Below are positions 27,228-41,261 of a stretch of DNA of 64,000 bases, piece by piece. Location of the stretch: NCBI RefSeq assembly GCF_009914755.1, contig NC_060927.1, one strand, 5' to 3'. The notes beneath the pieces are model-generated. The model worked only from the letters and a program-made list of their open reading frames with translations. It had not been told where the DNA came from and did not search any database. The stretch's first letter is position 1. Each line of letters begins with the position of its first letter. The DNA comes from the human T2T-CHM13v2.0 reference genome, Homo sapiens. The position numbers and the translations under genes were made by a program.

Positions 27228-27368
27228 AGTATACCAGCAAAGAAGGAACTGAATGCCTTCAGAGTTAGAAATCAGGAACAGAGAGATACAGGAACTTTGC
27301 ATGAGGGTTCGGGAAAGATCTCAAGGATGGTGTTGGGATGGGAACCATTATCACCCTATGCTCCTGAT
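27228..27368 (+). CDS. ARPP21: Candidate ARPP21 cassette exon, 141 nt, SIPAKKELNAFRVRNQEQRDTGTLHEGSGKISRMVLGWEPLSPYAPD
   Basis: Acceptor gttacccttttcag|AGT, donor GAT|gtaggt. Phase 0 to 0, open in the host frame, purine-rich. Not confirmed. Confidence 0.4.
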
Positions 27369-27990
27369 GTAGGTGCCCCCGCAATTCCAATCTCCCAATT
27401 TTCTTTCATTTTTCCCTCAAGTCACCAGGTCATTTTGAGCAACAGCTTAAAGGATGAACATTGCTCCTAAATTTTAGATCAGGCCAGTGAATAAATACTC
27501 CCTCATATAGTAATATAATCCCACCCAGCCTGTTGGTGATACTGGTCCTGGCTCCATCTTTGCAACAGCACTGGGGATGATGAGTATAGTTGGTTCTGCC
27601 TTATGGGTGTTCTCGAGAGGCAAATTCTGTGGTTTCTGCTGGGAAGACAAGCTGACCCTTCAGGACAGAACATCAAGCCTTCCTTGTGTGCAACACCACC
27701 CTGAGGAGCCTGTGCCTTCAGTGGAAAAATAATTTGTTTCCATTGAAAGAGAAATATTTGGATCAAAATTTTTGTCATCTCTGACTCTCTTGGGATGATT
27801 AAAACCTGATTTGTCATGTTGCGTTCTCTTGTTATGTTCTGGCTGAAGAATTATTTTATTTTATTTTTTCCAAATTGTACTTCCTGTCTCTCCCACAACT
27901 CCAAGAATGTGTCCTGCGTCTGCCTCAGAGTGCCTCTCTTATTACCAAGCTGATCCTGTGAATTCCCTCATTTATTTCCATGACTTGCAG

Positions 27991-28251
27991 AGAGATGATG
28001 TGGCAACACAGTTTGGCCAGATGACCCTGAGCCGGCAGTCCTCGGGGGAGACTCCTGAACCCCCATCAGGTCCTGTCTACCCATCCTCCCTTATGCCACA
28101 GCCGGCCCAGCAGCCCAGCTATGTAATCGCCTCTACAGGCCAGCAGCTTCCTACAGGAGGATTCTCAGGCTCTGGCCCTCCCATCTCCCAGCAGGTCCTC
28201 CAGCCCCCTCCCTCACCACAGGGATTTGTGCAACAGCCTCCGCCTGCACAG
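27991..28251 (+). CDS. ARPP21: ARPP21 coding exon, 261 nt, RDDVATQFGQMTLSRQSS...QGFVQQPPPAQ, phase 0 to 0
   Basis: Acceptor tttccatgacttgcag|AGA, donor CACAG|gtaggt. Lies within ORF 27907..28305. Confidence 0.97.
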
Positions 28252-29489
28252 GTAGGTGTGCTTCCTCATGCCTGTGACCTACAGCTGATTTCTGATGCAT
28301 TTTGACCTTTATCTTTCTATGTAGAAAATAACCAGATTCACTCCCTCTTCCCTTTCTAGTCTATATTAATATTCCTCACCAACAGGAAGTAGTATATTTT
28401 TTCATGCATCAGTTGTTCAAAGTTATAGGGCTCAGAAAGTGAGTTGAATGAAACTGATCCAACTGCCCATGAAAACAACAGGGGAATATCCCATTTTCCA
28501 GGCTGCTGGTACAGAGACCATAAGAAAGCATTCCCTCCCATGTGATATCCAGCTCAGGGGATTGCCTAGGAAGGAAAAGCCTTGGGGAAGGGAAAGGTCT
28601 GCACCTAGGAGACTTTCAATACTCTCTTGCTGCTGCCCCAAAAATGCATTCTTTCCTTTCTTATCAATTCTCAAGCATTTTCTGGGGCTAATCTGCTGCT
28701 CCAGGCAGGAGCTCCTCTATGAATATAAAGGAGGAAGGTAAGCTGATATCCACAGTCCTTTTCTCTCCCTAAGGGGAAGCAGAGCTCACACATCTCTCAC
28801 AGGTAGCCATTAATCATATTTAATTGACTTGAGCATGTAAGACACCACAGATCACTGATTTTTACTGTCTTCTCAAAGACTGATTATGTGTTACTGTTCA
28901 CCACCAAACATCTCTGGTACTCTCTTGGGTATCCCTTGCAGAAGATTAGAAGTGATTACTGTCAAGATATAAAATGCACAGAGGCATTTTCTGGTCCATT
29001 TTCAAGGCACACCGATCCCAAGAAAATTCCATCCTAATTATGAAGTATTGCATTGGATGAGCTGTTTAAAGTGCAGTGTCACCTTCGTATCATTTGTTTC
29101 ACTGCCTTAACATCTTGAATAAATTATTTTCTTTTCAAGCCACACAAAACCCTCTACCAAGAAATAATTGTCACTAAATTGTTCATTTTATTTTGAGTGA
29201 TTAATTAATAGTTCATCTTCAGTTGCCTTCTCTGTAATATCTCTTCAGAAGTGGGATCTTAAAAGATGTGTAAAATAAGTTTAAGTTACAGGAGAAAGGG
29301 CTTCATTAAAGTATTAATACTTTTACCAATAAATTAATAACTTCAAGCTTAATTATTGGGAAAAATAATTTAGCTCTTTTGGCCTAAAAAGCGTTTAAGT
29401 GTCCTTACTAATTTCTGCTGTCAAACAAAATGTAAGCAGAATGTTTAATTAAAGATCTTTAAAATAAATAAATAAATAAATGAAAAATT

Positions 29490-29810
<321 letters not shown>

Positions 29811-31929
29811 TATTTTAATAGGAAAGTCTTTCTTCACTGAAGGAATTTCAATATTAATCCACTGCAGAAACAAAAGCAATTCATAACCCCTCTTGTGTCT
29901 GTGACAGAAATACTTTCATTCCTTCTTTAACAGATTTTTAAAAAGATAGAAAGAGAGGGAGATAAAACAGGTGTCCATGGTTCATAATCAGTCTAGACAT
30001 TTATGAACTTCTTTTTGAAGAATCACAGATAAAGGTATAGGCTATAACCCATAGTAACTTTCAATTTAGTAAACATTTTAAAATCTGATTACCCAACTAT
30101 GGAACAATGGAAATAACTTAGTTCAGATTCAGCCCACAAATATGTGGAAATATGTTAAATTTCTGCAGAAAATGAATCTATTTAATAAATGTAAAGGTCG
30201 ATTTCATCTGACTCATCATGTATGCTTCCTAAATGCCCACTGGAAAGGTGAAGTGAAAAGCACATGGACGAGACAAAGAGGGATTTGAAGAAGGGAAATG
30301 GGAGAAGTGCATATTTTTTATAGTTTCTTCTTTCTTTTCTCTTCTAATCCACTCCTTTTTGGATTCTCCATATTTTAACATGATTGGCTGAAAATATACA
30401 TTTCTGAGCTTTGGGGCTATTCTTACTCCTTTCTCCCTTCACCTCTCTCCTTTCAAACCTTTCATACTGATCTTTTAAAAGATTGCTGTTAACCTGGCTT
30501 TCTTTCCATCCTCTCTAAGAGAGGATGAGGTTAGACCAAGATCTCATTTGCTTCATCCGGTTGGGGATCATAGTTCCTAAGAGCTAACCAAAGCGCCACC
30601 TTGGAGTGGCGCTGGATTCAAGTAGCCAAATCTCTAGCACAGCTTGTGAAGGTATCACAGAAGCTATGTCTGGGGAAAAGAAAAAAAACAAAACAAACAA
30701 CAACAAAAATTGAGTTCAAAATTTTTTTCCATGCAGCTGTACTTTTATTGTAACCATTAGTCCTCATCAGAACATTTTTAAGTATAAATTCCTTCATCCC
30801 TGAGGATATTTTATGTTTTATATTGAACATAAGAAGGGAGATCAAGGAATAGATATCACATTCATGAGCTTACATTTAAGCAAGACAGTCTTTTCTAAAG
30901 GAACAAAACGCTATTTCCTAAAAGACATGTAAATATAAATGCTGACAAATAAATTAGATGAAAGTTGTTCCTATTTTTAATATTGGGAGGCATCTGATGC
31001 ATAATGGTAGTCATCTTTAATACCACCAAAGTTTGCCAGAGCATAGCTAAATGCTATTATTACTCCAGAATTATTTGTTTTTTATTGTTATAAACTGCCT
31101 GACAAAAAAGAGAGAAGTAGTAAGAGCGAATCACTATAAGCAAGGTATACAATGACTTAGTTGCCAGATACTGACCCAAGATTGCTTTAGACTCATTCAG
31201 CCTCTTGCCCTTGAATATCCATATGTTATGTAGCCACAGTTATAATTCATCATGATTCCATGAAATTGCAGAGCTACAGGTTCACACAGATTAAGTTATA
31301 TTTTGTTCCCACTTTATCCTCAGGCAGCAAAATATGTTACATATGTTTCAACAGCAATATTGAAATAGAAAAGTGTTTCCTATTAGACCTGAGCAAATCA
31401 GAAAACAAAATAACCATGAAAATCACAGTTCTCAAATAATTGACTTGTAATTTTATCCTATGTATATAATGTTTGTAGGCGGTCTACTAGGGTACTTCAG
31501 TTGTCATTTTAGAGAATATGATAGGCGAAAACTCAGAAGCCCAGAGATAGAAAATAATTAACTAAGATCAGTAAGAAAGTGACCTTAATATAAATGAACT
31601 GAGGCAGGCAAAGAAGTCTATCAGATCAGGAAACATTTGATTTGGATCATAATCAAATAATCAGAATAATTTTATTCATTCTCAGTCATAAGAAAGTTAA
31701 GAAGGTAGCATAAACAACATTTTTATCATATTTTCCCTTTTAGATTGAACATACTTTTTTGAGTAGTGGTGTGTACCAATCATTCTGCAATGTGCTTTGA
31801 TAGACTACCATATTTCATGATTGCATTCTCTGCTCCTTTTAGGCTACAGATCAGCAGTTTTCATGTTTCACCCCTGTTTCCATTAGAAAAGCAATTCAAG
31901 TTAGATATAATATTTAAAATGTAGGTTTT

Positions 31930-32410
31930 CGTTGTTGATGATAACTGTTTCACTCTCTCTTGTTTCATCTAAAAAACACAAAAGTCTTGTTTTAAAACAA
32001 CCATTGTATGATCACGACTAGGTCAGCAATTGAGCAGGATTTATCACAGATGGCTCATCTCTGCTCCATATGGCTGGGGTGGCTTGACTAGGGCTACACT
32101 TACATGCCTGGAACTGGAGGGTAACCAGTCAATTGGGGGTACCTGTGTTCCCCACATGGCCTTTTTCTGCAGCAGAATAGTCTAGACTTCTTTATCTCTT
32201 GGCTGGGTTCCCCGCCTACAGACGTGGAAGCTGCAAGTCTTGAAAGACTCAGACATCATTTCTGCCTCATGGCGTTGGTAAAAGAAAGTCACAGAACCAG
32301 CTCAGATTTAAGTTTGGGAAATGGATTTTGCCTCTTTACGGGAGAAGTAGCATGCACATACACATAGGCATGGGAGAAGTTTGCGGTGGCCATCTTCACA
32401 ACCTACCACA
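31930..32410 (-). mobile_element. MaLR solo LTR (old MLT1 subfamily)
   Basis: 'ggtcagcaattgagcagg...gatggctcatctctgctcca...aaagtcacag.accagctcagattta...ggccatctt...acctaccaca' is an antisense MLT1 pattern. Confidence 0.65.
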
Positions 32411-32496
32411 ATTATAAGACGAAAGCATATTTTAAGTTTAAAAATTTACATTATCTACATTCTCATTCTCTGCTTTCTTCCTCCTTTCTTCCACAG

Positions 32497-32623
32497 ATGC
32501 CTGTATATTATTACCCATCTGGTCAGTACCCTACCTCAACCACGCAACAGTACCGGCCCATGGCCCCGGTTCAGTACAACGCTCAGAGGAGTCAACAGAT
32601 GCCACAGGCAGCACAGCAAGCAG
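32497..32623 (+). CDS. ARPP21: ARPP21 coding exon, 127 nt, MPVYYYPSGQYPTSTTQQYRPMAPVQYNAQRSQQMPQAAQQA, phase 0 to 1
   Basis: Long pyrimidine tract ending ttccacag|ATG, donor GCAG|gtactt. Last coding exon found in the window. Confidence 0.97.
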
Positions 32624-33133
32624 GTACTTGGAATCTGTTTCCCATTTGCTTCTCAACCCAGTTATTTTTGCTGGTGAATCTTGTACTCTTTGGATGAGTG
32701 TCCAAGCTTGGCAATTTAAACCAGCACATTTTCTCTACCCAGAGAAGATAACAAAGCATTTGATTGACTCTGTGTGGAAAAGTAGTAGGTACAAGAAGGT
32801 GAAGCATATGTCAGACTAGCATCCCTGGCATGCATGTTAAACAGTCTCCATAAATTATTTTTTGATCCTTCTTCTGTTAAAGCAGAAAGTCAACCATGTC
32901 CGTACCTTTCTAGTTCATACCTTCTTTTAATTTTTTTTTTCTTTTCAATTTGAAGAGAGTGCTTCCTCTGTTCTTAAGGCTAGGGAACCAAATTAGGTTG
33001 TTTCAATATCGTGCTAAAAGATACTGCCTTTAGAAGAAGGCTATTGACAATCCAGCGTGTCTCGGTGGAACTCTGACTCCATGGTTCACTTTCATGATGG
33101 CCACATGCCTCCTGCCCAGAGCCCGGCAGCCAC

Positions 33134-33217
33134 TGTGCAGTGGGAAGGGGGGCCGATACACTGTACGAGAGTGAGTAGCAGGTCTCACAGTGAACCGGTC
33201 TCTTTCCCTACTGTGTC
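33134..33217 (+). ncRNA. MIR128-2: miR-128-2 stem-loop; miR-128-2-5p at 33148-33170, miR-128-3p at 33185-33205
   Basis: Contains TCACAGTGAACCGGTCTCTTT (miR-128-3p) and GGGGGCCGATACACTGTACGAGA (5p arm). The arms pair. This miRNA is known to be intronic in ARPP21. Confidence 0.99.
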
Positions 33218-35503
33218 ACACTCCTAATGGAATGCCGTTATCCAAAGAGCAGCACGAACCCGACAGGGCTGAGTGGCTTGTGCTAGGGAGAGGTTTGTGT
33301 CATTCCTGCTGACCAAACTGCAGGAAAAACTGCTAATTGTCATGCTGAAGACTGCCTGACGGGGAGACTCTGCCTTCTGTAAGTAGGTCATGTAAAGAGC
33401 ACGTGCTCCTTGCTGCTACTCATAGATGCCTGCTCCGTGATCTGATTTCTGCACTGAATCTATGTTATGCATATGGAATGTATACAGATACATGTATGTA
33501 ATATATACACAATATGTACCATTTTTATAACCTATGAGAAAAGTGCAGTTCTTGCCAAGGATTAGCACCAATCACAGACATCCTAAGAATACCAATGCTG
33601 ACACTGCTAGCATCCTGTCAGATTGGAGAAAGAATTAAATTCCCCCGTATTGTGGATGGTTACATGTTCTTTGGTTTATCTCATGGCCTATTTAAAGTCT
33701 GTGGGAGAAGAATTAGAGAAACCTATATCTTCCAGCCAGATTTTGTCTTGTTTCAGCACTGTATTAGTTTGGGGAAGAATATATTTGACCTCTGAATTGA
33801 CTTTAGACTTTTACAGTGTTTTGAGAACACTAAAGGGTTTCAAATAACTATTTATTTTTAAAAAATCACTTGGCAATATTTTCTCTAATTTGTGGAAAAC
33901 GTTATTACCTTTATCATTTTGGTGGTAACGGTGCTATCAGTTTAGATACATGCTGTAGAAATGTGTTGCTTGCATTCTGGACTATCTTATTTTATGCTAA
34001 CGTTAATTAAAGGGTTAATTTACAATCTTGAGGATCTTGGTTTAGAGGCTATGTGCAAGTTTTCTACTTGGTTACTAATGCCTTTAGAAGAAAAAAGATG
34101 CAGATATCTAATTATAATGATTTTTATTAGGTTTGGTGCCATTGTGTGGCAATTTTTAAAGAGATTATTTCAGTCTTGTGGTAGAGTGTCATCATACAAA
34201 GAAACGCAGTTACAAAACATGCTGCAATCCACTAAACCCATAAACTCTAGATCTATGTGAGGGGATGAGAAAGTTAGATGAATATGATAACTGGGCAACA
34301 GAATTAGATTTCAAAAAAGTTTAGGCCTCCCCCACTGACTTCTCCATTGCTTTTTCTCCTCTTCACTAACTTTGTTAGTGGATGTCAAAACAAGAGACAA
34401 TATATGAGGCATTTTTTACTCTTTAATAAAGCACAATGGGAGAATTTAGGGATGTGGAAACACCCTCTCCCATTCAGTTAGAGACCTCACTGGCTCCACC
34501 TACATTCCATGGCAACCTGGTAGCTTTGGTTTGTCACATTCTCCCACATCACCGCAAAAATGACCCTCCCAAGGTAAGATAATGACACTGTAATGAGAAG
34601 AGTGCACTCTAGAGCAGCATCAAGCTAAATATAGAAGCAAGGCAGTGCCTAGGGTGTCAAGGAAGTGAGTGCCAGTTAATGTGGCCTGTACAGGGTGAGG
34701 AAGTGAGAAAAGTGAAATGATCATAAACAGTATTGTCCCCAGAAATGATGGCATTAGTATACACATGCACACTGAGACCTTTGGGCTCTTAGTTTTTGTG
34801 ACCACCACACTGGATACCTGGCCTAAAATCCCAACACAGTTTCCACCACAGTGATGAATGTACCTAGTATTTGGGAAAGCAGATGGTGTTCCCTGACCTT
34901 ACAGAGAATCACTTCTGCTAATAAAATCCAAGTAACCAGACCACACAGTGGCTCTTTGAGAGTGCACAGAGGCTCTGGGTCCTACAGCTGGGCGTCCTTT
35001 TGTTGAGCCTAGGGAGACTAACAGAAACTTTCCAAATGGTCATGGCAGTCATTTGTGAGAGCAACTCTATGTGGATGGACTATCTCATAGAGGAAAGAGC
35101 CTCTTCAGATAACTGTATAAGTTATATTTTCTGGAAGAACTAGAAAATAAGACTTCTCCATCTTTAAGTCAAACTATGGGCTACTATCAGCGTGTCACCC
35201 TCCCACAGTCATGTTTTAACTTGTTCTTCCTCCTGCCTCCTGCAGCTGTGTGTCTTGGGATCTGACCCTTTTCCATCTTCATCTGATAATGACACCAGAT
35301 TATGTCATAACATCCTCAGCTATCACGTGGTTAAAATTAGAGTGAGACAGAATTATGTCAGTTAAAGTCAAATGAGATTTTAATCTGAATTTGCTTCTTG
35401 GCGCTGTTCTTAATCTTTATTTAATTGCAGTAAAAAGCCTCTCTTCCTTCTCCTACATTCTTGCCAGAATTGAAATCTCTGTCAGTTACTACATCTTTCC
35501 TAA

Positions 35504-36469
<966 letters not shown>

Positions 36470-36569
36470 CTGAGGTGAGAGGATTGCTTGAGCCTGGGAG
36501 GTTGAGACTGCAGTGAGCCATGATCATGCCATTGCACTCCAGCCTAGGTGACAGAGCGAGGCCCTGTGA

Positions 36570-36732
36570 AAAAAGAAAAAGAAAGAAGGAGGAAAGAAAG
36601 AAAGAAAAAGAAAGAAAGAAAGAGAGAGAGAGAGAGGGAGGGAAGGAGGAAGGAAGAAAGGAAGGAAGGAAAAGAAAGAAAGACAGAAAGAGAAAGGAGA
36701 GAGAGAAAGAAAAGGAAGAAGGAAGGAAGGAA

Positions 36733-36778
<46 letters not shown>

Positions 36779-37193
36779 AGAAAGAAAGAAAAGAAAGAAA
36801 GGGAGAAAGGAGAGAGAGAAAGAACAGAACAGAAAAGAAAAGAAAGAAAGAAAGAAAGAGAGAGAGAGGGAGGGAGGAAGGAATAAAGGAAGGAAGGAAG
36901 GAAAAGAAAGAAAGAAAGAGAAAGGAGAGAGAGAAAGAAAGAAAAGGAGGAAGGAAGGAAGGAAGAAAGAAAGAAAGAAAGAAAAAGAAAGAAAGAAAGA
37001 AAAGAAAGGGAGAAAGGAGAGAGAGAAAGAAAAGGAAAGAAAGAAAGAAAAAGAAAAGAAAGGGAGAAAGGAGAGAGAAAGAAAAGAGAAAGAAAGAGAA
37101 AGAAAGAAAGAAAAGAAAGAAAAAGAAAGAGAGAGAGGGAGAGAGGGAGGGAAGGAAGGAAGAAAGGAAGGAAGGAAAGAAAGAGGAAAGAAA
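36570..37193. repeat. About 620-bp near-pure polypurine (GAAA/GGAA/GA)n tract, an expanded Alu tail
   Basis: Seen directly. TSD AGCAGTTATCAG at 36263-36274 and 37194-37205 brackets the Alu plus the tract. Confidence 0.95.
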
Positions 37194-38177
37194 AGCAGTT
37201 ATCAGCTTATGGCTTGTTTATAAAAAGACTGTAATTTTAAAATCATTCTATCTTTGGAAGACTTGGAAGTGAGAATATCTTAACTGGAAACAGAGTTTCT
37301 CAACCTTCAGATATTGAAATGAAGTGTTGATGAACAAACATTTCATTCCTTAATGTTTTAAGTTTATTTTAGTAGTTAGCTCTCATGCCATTTTTTTAGT
37401 TAGTACCTGTGTTGCTATGGTTTTGTTCTTGTTGAGAAACATATTTAAGGCCACAAAAATATTAGCAATTATCACATCTCCCATTGACTCGGGATCTCTA
37501 GTGGGCTAGTTTAATCACTACCACAAGTTTGCAAGGGAAATACACCGTTCCTTCTTTACAGATAGGTGAAACTATTGCTCAGGGAGGTGAAATAAATTAT
37601 CCTGGGTCTCAAGGTTAACTGTGTAGGGAAAAGCACCCAGACGTGACTGGTTTTAAGCCCATGTGTTAAGCATTTTATTGGAACAACTTAAACATGGTTA
37701 CTAGTTTTGCCTTTATATGCTAACATGGATGATTGCATAAAAACTGGCATGTGAGAAATAAACCAGCATGCCCATGTTATAGAGGCAGGTAATATTTAGT
37801 TAATTGTTCAAGTACACAGGTTGACCTAAAAGCAGAAAATATAAGAGCCTTGGTCTTCTGCCTCCCTACTGAGCTTGGGGTTCCATATCACTTTGTAGAG
37901 ATGATCAATAACAACAAATGGCAGAAAGCAGCTGAGACATTTACATTCAAATCACACACTAGAAAGGAAAAGAAAACAAAAAAGAGTTCCTTTTAAATGG
38001 TTTCCAACTCCAAATTTCCTATGAAGTTTGACTTAAAAAGAAATATACTTAGCTTCATTCTCGGCTCTCCAAAATCTTGGTCATTCCTAAAAGCAAAAAA
38101 AAAAAAAAAAAAAAGGAACTTATAAAATCCTATGTGTGTTCTATGTGTGTTCTTAAATGGGAATTGGGGGAAGAAGT

Positions 38178-39340
38178 TTGGTTTAGTGTCAGAGTAACAC
38201 TAGCCTCATAAAATGAATGGGAAAGTGTTCCTTCCCTTTCTATTTTTGGAAAGAGATTGTATAAAATTGGTACTAAATCTTCTTTAAATGTTTGTTAGAA
38301 TTCTCCAATAAATCCATTTGACCCTAGAGATTTTCAGAAACATTTTTTTAACTTTGTATTTTAAGATAATTTCTGGAGATTTTAAATTGTGAGTTAATTT
38401 TTTATGATTATAGTATTCAGATTATATATTTAATCTTTGCTTAGTTTGGGTAGTTTGTGGTCATTAAGGTCTTCGCCCATTTCTTCTAAGTGGCTGAATT
38501 TAAGAGTATAAAATTGATAGTTTTATTTCTTTACTATCTTTTTGTAGCTTCAGGATATGTTGTGATATCCTGTTTCATTCCTGGTATAGATGATTTTTAA
38601 CTTCTCTCTTTTTATTTTTGTCAGCCTTGCTAGATTTATCAATTTTATTGACCTTTTCCAAGAACTAGCTCTGTTTCATTGATTTTTCTATATTGTTTTA
38701 GCTTCAATTTCACTGATTACTGACTTATCTTTATTACTTTATTATTTTCTTCCTTCTGTTAATTTTAGGTTTATTTCGCTTTTTTTTTTTTTTTTTGGTG
38801 GTTTCTTGAGATAAGAAGTTAGATTTTTAATTTGAGATTTTTTTCTCTTTTTTAATGTAAATATTTAATGCTATAAATTTCCCTTTCAGTCTTGCTTTAG
38901 CTGTGTCCCACAGATTTTGATATGCTGTATTTTCGTTTTCATTCATTTGTATATATTTTTAAATTTTCTCTGAGACCTTATCTTTGGCCCGTGGATTATT
39001 TAGTGGTGTGTTGCTTAATGCCCCAGTGTTTAGAGATTTTCCTTTTGTCTTCCTGTTACTGATTCTTGATTGATTCTGTGATAGTTAAATAACATATTCT
39101 GTATGATTTCAGTTCTTATAAAATTTTTGAGGTGGTTTTACGACCCAGGAAATAGCCTATTTAGTTGAATGTCCCATAAGCACTTGAAAACACTGGGTAT
39201 TCTGTGGTTGTTGGGTGGGATGGTCTATATATATCAGCCAAATCAGGTTGGTTTATTTTGTTGTTCAGGTATTCCGTATTTTTTCTGTTTTTATGTTTAC
39301 AGTTCCATCAGTTGCTGAGAGGTGGATATTCACAACCCCA
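38178..39340 (-). mobile_element. Old L1M ORF2 fragment, antisense
   Basis: 'agagtaacactagcctcataaaatgaatgggaaagtgttcc...gctataaatttccct...gctttagctgtgtcccacagattttgatatg' is typical antisense L1M and is T-rich. Confidence 0.85.
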
Positions 39341-41261
39341 CCATAAGACTTTCTAAAGCCCTGGAATGAATTTCAAGGCAAAAGTTGCCTCCAGTGTCCC
39401 TGACATGCAAAGACAGAGGAGGGACTTGGTTTTTCAGACCATGCTATCTTTTAGTTCCTTTTGCAATTGAATAAGAAATGTTTTATCACCTAAAAAAAAG
39501 TTAACATTTCATAAAAATAGTCTGGAAGGTGAAAGTCCTGTGAACAGTGATTGGGCTTTGGGTGAGCTGTTCCTATAAGCTTCTGCCCGCATCTCTCACT
39601 TGCCAGGCTTTCAGCCCTGTTGCTTAATGCCAGTAATACTACTTTAGGTTTAGGTAGAGGAGTGATGAAGTTGACCGTTTACAAAGGACAGTTCAACAAT
39701 CTGCCTTCCTAATAGACCAGGAGGGTCTATATTCTTGAATGCCGTGAAGATAGAACAATACGAAATCAAGACAGCTACATAGCAGAGTAAAGAGGGTAAA
39801 AAAGAGCATGAGGGAACCTTAAGTTAAATTAAATTATAACTGCAGCAAATCATTTGATATGGATTCTGAAACTGTAGGGATGTGTCTCACCTCTGCTTTA
39901 TAAAATCCCTTTTCTCTTCTACCCTCCCCTACTCCCAACTATCTGCTGAATGATTCATTTTGGGTAAAAAGCAGTTTCATAGAGCATTTTCCATTAAAAT
40001 GTTTTACTTTTGAAATTACAGTTCAGAAGGAGGCCATGAAAAAGAAATCCTAAAAATGCATAGTATTGCAAAACCCATGCAGCTTTTATGGGGCTTTCTT
40101 ATGGTGATTTAATGTACCTCTGTTCTGCGTGAGTAAGTAAGCGATACTCCAATCTGCCTTGCAGTAGTAGAATTGGAATTTCTCACGGAAGACAATAGTG
40201 GAAGTCTTTGGAATTTTTTGGAATGTCTTTACTCACTCTTTTCACTTACATTTAAGATAAACCTCACTTTGGACTATCCCTTACAGTCTGCTCAACAGCC
40301 AGAATGAGATATGAGTACTATGAATATAAATGGAGTTTAAATACTTAATTTTGCTAAATGAGGAAAGTGAGGCTAGAAGGCCAGTCTCTGGTCCAATGCA
40401 GTCTCTCTTGTCAGAGCCAGAGAGGGTCTTCTGCTACTTTAGCACCTACAGAATTAATGACAGATACAGATTTCAGAAACTCAGCAAGCTTATTCAGTCT
40501 GACAAAGTCTGACTTGTCAGAGTCTACTCTGCCTATGTAAACTCAAAACCATCTAATACCTGCAAGTTGTAAAGAGAGCACACAAATAAGAGGAAACAGT
40601 ATCTCAATAATTTGGAAATACGTCATTACCTATCCCCACTCATAAGAAAAGAACTGGAGATTCTCCAACTGTCAGAGTATGATCTTTTTCTTCCCAGATA
40701 GAGAAGGTGGAAATGAGCCTTTGCAACAGGCCTCTTGTTTGTTGAGCTAATTGGGGAAGCTAACGATGGATGCAGATAAATCAGGTTGCAATGAACTAAA
40801 AATACATGCAAATAAAAGATATAGGAAAGAATGGTGAGGGAAGAGGAAACCAGGTCAGGGAATGTATATCCTGTTTGTTTTATTTTGCTGACTGATACTA
40901 TGATAACAGTATCAATCAGGAATCTGCAGACAGCACTCTGACCTTTTGGATCTAGATGCCATTGAATCAATCCTGTATTCTACATCTGAGGAAACGATGT
41001 ATGTTTAAAGAGTTCTTTGGTGAAGAATTGTGAAGTTGGAGGGGGTCAGCCTGTCAGAAATACAAACTTTAAAATAGGCCAGTTTTTGTTTCCCTCTGGA
41101 ACAAAAATTCAAAATGCCTTTCAACTCTTCAGTTATAGTTATTCAATTCCCTCTAGCTCTTCTGTACACAAATCAACTCTAAGCCTCTGAAGATTCGTAA
41201 AAACATCTTGCAAATGCTATCCCCAAGCCCTCTCATGGGAGATGAGAAGGTTACTATAACC

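Noticed and set aside
32700-33130. Independent Pol III promoter for miR-128-2
   Set aside because: No convincing A-box/B-box consensus is visible, so it cannot be supported from sequence alone.
36520-37272. Longest ORF (250 aa, K/E/R-rich) and the overlapping 112-aa ORF
   Set aside because: Translation of an Alu end plus the polypurine tract. Stop codons need T, so the frame is open trivially.
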